Assembly (NCBI GenBank): GCA_965204375.1
Contig: OZ241986.1
Span: 5,216,001-5,280,000, forward strand
DNA from: Candidatus Latescibacterota bacterium
GTDB taxonomy: Bacteria > Latescibacterota > UBA2968
DNA length: 64,000 bases
Reading direction: 5' to 3'
Shown here: one piece after another, positions 60,129 through 64,000 of the stretch
How the letters are laid out: each line of letters starts with the position of its first letter
Numbering within the stretch: the stretch's first letter is position 1
Made by a program: the position numbers and the translations under genes
Notes under the pieces: model-generated
What the model saw: the letters and a program-made list of their open reading frames with translations, nothing else
Databases searched by the model: none
What the model was told of the DNA's origin: nothing

Positions 60129-60632
60129 TTAAGGCTCATGTTCATCAGTCTCCACGCGATAGACTTCCATGCCCCGTGCTTTGTAATTTTGTAGTGCATG
60201 CGGATGGTCAAGGGTGCAGGTATGCACCCATACTCTTTTTGTTTTTCCCCACGCCCATGCCGATTTTATTGCATGGGATAAGAGATACCCCCCAAAGCCC
60301 TGTCCGATGAATTTGGTAGCCAGACCAAAATAGAGGATTTCGACATTGCCGCCCTCTTGCTTCTGGAGTTCGTAGTATCCAGCAGGCGCGCCTTTGTACT
60401 GCGCAAGCCAGGTTCTCAGGCTGTCGTTTTCTACATGTGCTTTCCATTGTTCATCTGACAATGAGAGTTTGTTTGTCCATTCATAGGGTCCGCCTATGAA
60501 TTGATATAGGAATTTGTTAAATTGATATTGTTTGATTTCGCATTCCTGTACTTGCAATCCGTTCGATTCCGTTTTTTCTTTGAGAGAAGATGGCGATTTC
60601 ATTTCGAGGTAGTATGTGGTGACTTCGTTCAT
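60129..60632 (-). CDS. GNAT acetyltransferase
   Basis: YFGL...FIGQGFGG, WVHTCTLDHP.A..NY. Confidence 0.9.
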   Translation of the reverse strand: MNEVTTYYLEMKSPSSLKEKTESNGLQVQECEIKQYQFNKFLYQFIGGPYEWTNKLSLSDEQWKAHVENDSLRTWLAQYKGAPAGYYELQKQEGGNVEILYFGLATKFIGQGFGGYLLSHAIKSAWAWGKTKRVWVHTCTLDHPHALQNYKARGMEVYRVETDEHEP

Positions 60633-60720
60633 TGGTTTTTCTGTCCAGATGGGATAGAGATGAATGAGGATGGTTTATATGTGACTGACAACACGTTTTC
60701 TTGTGCTTGTTTTGTTCTTT

Positions 60721-60800
60721 ATCTGCGTTTATCTGCGTTTATCTGCGTTCATCTGCGTTCATCTGCGTTCATCTGCGTTCATCTGCGTTCATCTGCGGAT
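60721..60800. repeat. Tandem 10-mer ATCTGCGTT(C/T) repeat ending in ATCTGCGGAT; relatives at 38871-38890 and 50606-50635
   Basis: Eight consecutive units visible in the sequence. Confidence 0.9.
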
Positions 60801-60876
60801 AAAAATACACGCGATATTGAGAACAAACAACCTCTTTCGGATGCCGCTGTTTTAGCGGTCTCATCAGGAGGCTACA

Positions 60877-61638
60877 ATGGGCGGTATTTTAAAATTTTTG
60901 TGCGTGCTCATTGGGATGGGATTGATAGCTAATTGTGGCGATGATTATCCCGTTCAGCCAGAATCAGAGGATGAGTTGGTTGAAGAGATGGTCGAAATTC
61001 CAGCGGGCGAATTTGTGATGGGTACCAATGAATACGGGCGGGATGAAGGTCCCGAGCATGTGGTGTTTTTAGATGCGTTCTGGATTGATCGCTTTGAGGT
61101 GGTGAACGCGGATTACAGGTTGTTTGTTGCGACTACAGGACGCGATCCTTCGGCGTGTGCCGATTCCGTGGGGTTTAATGCCGCGCGGCAACCGGTGGTT
61201 GGTGTGACCTGGTTTGATGCACAGGATTTTTGCGCGTGGGCAGGCAAGCGGTTGTGTTCCGAGGCGGAGTGGGAAAAGGCCGCGGGTGGCGATGGACGTA
61301 TTTATCCCTGGGGCAATGAGGAGCCCGATCCGGCGCGGTTGAATTTTAATGGGTATGTGGGCAAGCCCTCGGCTGTGGGTAGTTTTCCCAATGGTATGAG
61401 TCCTTTTGAGGTGGCGGATTTGTCGGGTAATGTGTGGGAGTGGGTGTCGGATTGGTATCGCGTGGATTATTATCGCAATAGTCCGCGAGAGAATCCTCCG
61501 GGTCCAGAGAGTGGGAGCTTGCGCGTGATGCGCGGTGGCGGTTGGGTAAACGGCGCGCCAGCCGTGCGAGTGCAAGAGCGCGGACGACTGAGTCCTATAT
61601 GGCAGGGGAAGGCAATCGGGTTCCGCTGTTGTCGGTGA
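60877..61638 (+). CDS. FGE/SUMF1-domain lipoprotein
   Basis: Lipobox-like ANC, F.MG, EAEWEKAA, YPWG, GNVWEW, RGG.W, GFRC. Confidence 0.85.
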   Translation: MGGILKFLCVLIGMGLIANCGDDYPVQPESEDELVEEMVEIPAGEFVMGTNEYGRDEGPEHVVFLDAFWIDRFEVVNADYRLFVATTGRDPSACADSVGFNAARQPVVGVTWFDAQDFCAWAGKRLCSEAEWEKAAGGDGRIYPWGNEEPDPARLNFNGYVGKPSAVGSFPNGMSPFEVADLSGNVWEWVSDWYRVDYYRNSPRENPPGPESGSLRVMRGGGWVNGAPAVRVQERGRLSPIWQGKAIGFRCCR

Positions 61639-61743
61639 TGTGATAAGGGTGCTTTGTTTCTTTCGTCGAAGGAGATGAGTTTTCCACCTATTGCCAGGAG
61701 TTGTGGTATTATGTATAATTCGGTTACGGATAGGAGTTTTATC

Positions 61744-61977
61744 ATGAATATGAGCATCCGATTGCCCGACTCACTACATAAGCGGATCAAGCAGATGGCG
61801 GCGGCGGAGGGGATTTCTATGAATCAATTTATTACTCTGGCAGTGGCGGAGAAGATGTCGGCTTTGGCGACGGTCGAGTATTTGAAAGAGCGCGCTAAGC
61901 GAGGTAGCCGCCAGAAGTTTGAAGCTGTTTTGGCAAATGTGCCAGATGTAGAGCCAGAAGAATATGATAAATTATAG
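61744..61977 (+). CDS. Ribbon-helix-helix (HicB-like) antitoxin
   Basis: SIRLPDSLH...A..EGISMNQFI..AVAEK. Confidence 0.8.
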   Translation: MNMSIRLPDSLHKRIKQMAAAEGISMNQFITLAVAEKMSALATVEYLKERAKRGSRQKFEAVLANVPDVEPEEYDKL

Positions 61978-62007
61978 CCGGTATCACAATGAGGCTGTGG
62001 ATATAAA

Positions 62008-62214
62008 ATGAAAAAAGAATACGACTTCTCAAAATCCGTCAAGAATCCCTATGCAAAACATCTTACGAAGCAGGTTACGCTTCGTTTGGGAACGGATGTG
62101 ATTGCGTATTTTAAGGATTTGGCAGACGAAGCAGGTGTTCCATACCAGAGTTTGATCAATCTGTATCTCAGGGACTGCGTCCAGACCAAGAAAAAGCTCA
62201 AGTGGGCATCATGA
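62008..62214 (+). CDS. BrnA/CopG-like antitoxin
   Basis: MKKEYDFSKS.KNPY, VTLRL...VI.YFK, PYQSLINLYL. Confidence 0.85.
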   Translation: MKKEYDFSKSVKNPYAKHLTKQVTLRLGTDVIAYFKDLADEAGVPYQSLINLYLRDCVQTKKKLKWAS

Positions 62215-62240
62215 TCTGAAAAACAGTCTCATTTTAATAC

Positions 62241-62276
62241 AAAAGGGCGTGCGATTCGATTCCGCACGCCCTTTTC
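62241..62276. terminator. Intrinsic terminator
   Basis: AAAAGGGCGTGCG-loop-CGCACGCCCTTTT between convergent genes. Confidence 0.8.
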
Positions 62277-62295
62277 TGTGCCATGTGTTTATGAG

Positions 62296-62520
62296 CTATA
62301 CCTGCTGTGCTGATTCCAATATTTCACCAACAGCATCGGGTAGGTCAACGCGATGAAAGCGGTCATCGCCAAAAGCATAATTTTCACCACTTTCATCAAT
62401 GATGCGAATATAGCCATGAGTGGCTGCTTCTTCATCGGGAATAATGCGATAAACCTTACCCACTTCAAGAGACGCCTCGTATCCCTCGTTATTGATGCAG
62501 ATGGCAAATGGTTGTGTCAT
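62296..62520 (-). CDS. Small hypothetical protein
   Basis: FAICINNEGY.ASLE..KVY...PD, IRIIDESGE.Y; AAGAG upstream of the start. Confidence 0.7.
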   Translation of the reverse strand: MTQPFAICINNEGYEASLEVGKVYRIIPDEEAATHGYIRIIDESGENYAFGDDRFHRVDLPDAVGEILESAQQV

Positions 62521-62683
62521 GTTCTCTTTATGCAGGTCGTTCCCGCACTATCTCATATTCATGGAAAATATCATAAGCAATCGCACTCTAACTTTGGCAG
62601 AAGGGAGATGCCAAAAAAGCGTTTTAATTCCCGCCCCATAAAGGAGTGCCGCACGGAGAGACAAAGGCAACGTGCCTGTGGCT

Positions 62684-63969
<1,286 letters not shown>

Positions 63970-64000
63970 CATCGCGAGGGTATCAGCAGCGATACCCATC

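Noticed and set aside
60877-61638. FGE-domain protein as the sulfatase-maturing enzyme
   Set aside because: It lacks the catalytic CxxxxC after RGG and has a lipoprotein-like signal.

Overview
Bacterial genomic window with a defence-rich accessory left half and a carbohydrate/sulfate-ester catabolic right half. 39-19736: a ~52-repeat type III CRISPR array and a complete minus-strand type III-D locus (HD-less Cas10 with intact GGDD, four Cas7 RAMPs, Csx10, Csx19, two small subunits, Cas6, no cas1/cas2) carrying three CARF proteins. The most striking is an NE0113-type CARF fused to a sigma54 enhancer-binding AAA+ ATPase and a Fis-type HTH. Two consensus sigma54 (-24/-12) promoters, each with paired palindromic upstream sites and an IHF-like site, lie in front of cas6 and the DUF1232/cas10 operon, suggesting a cOA-sensing transcriptional feedback circuit. 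20-37 kb: five mosaic paralogues of a DMFase-beta-like (DUF6605) protein, two of which start inside a copy of the CRISPR leader, plus an orphan adenine MTase, an RlaP-like nucleotidyltransferase and TA genes. 37.3-38.9 kb: an IS110/IS1111-family element whose downstream non-coding end carries readable target and donor guides for a genomic 10-mer repeat. 38.9-62.5 kb: rhamnulokinase, a UGA-containing deiodinase-like selenoprotein, a TIR/McrBC/HigBA defence islet, sulfatases, GH2 and other catabolic genes, and orphan antitoxins. From 62684 to the window end: a second, type I-C-like CRISPR array. All calls come from reading motifs by eye; no database searches were run.
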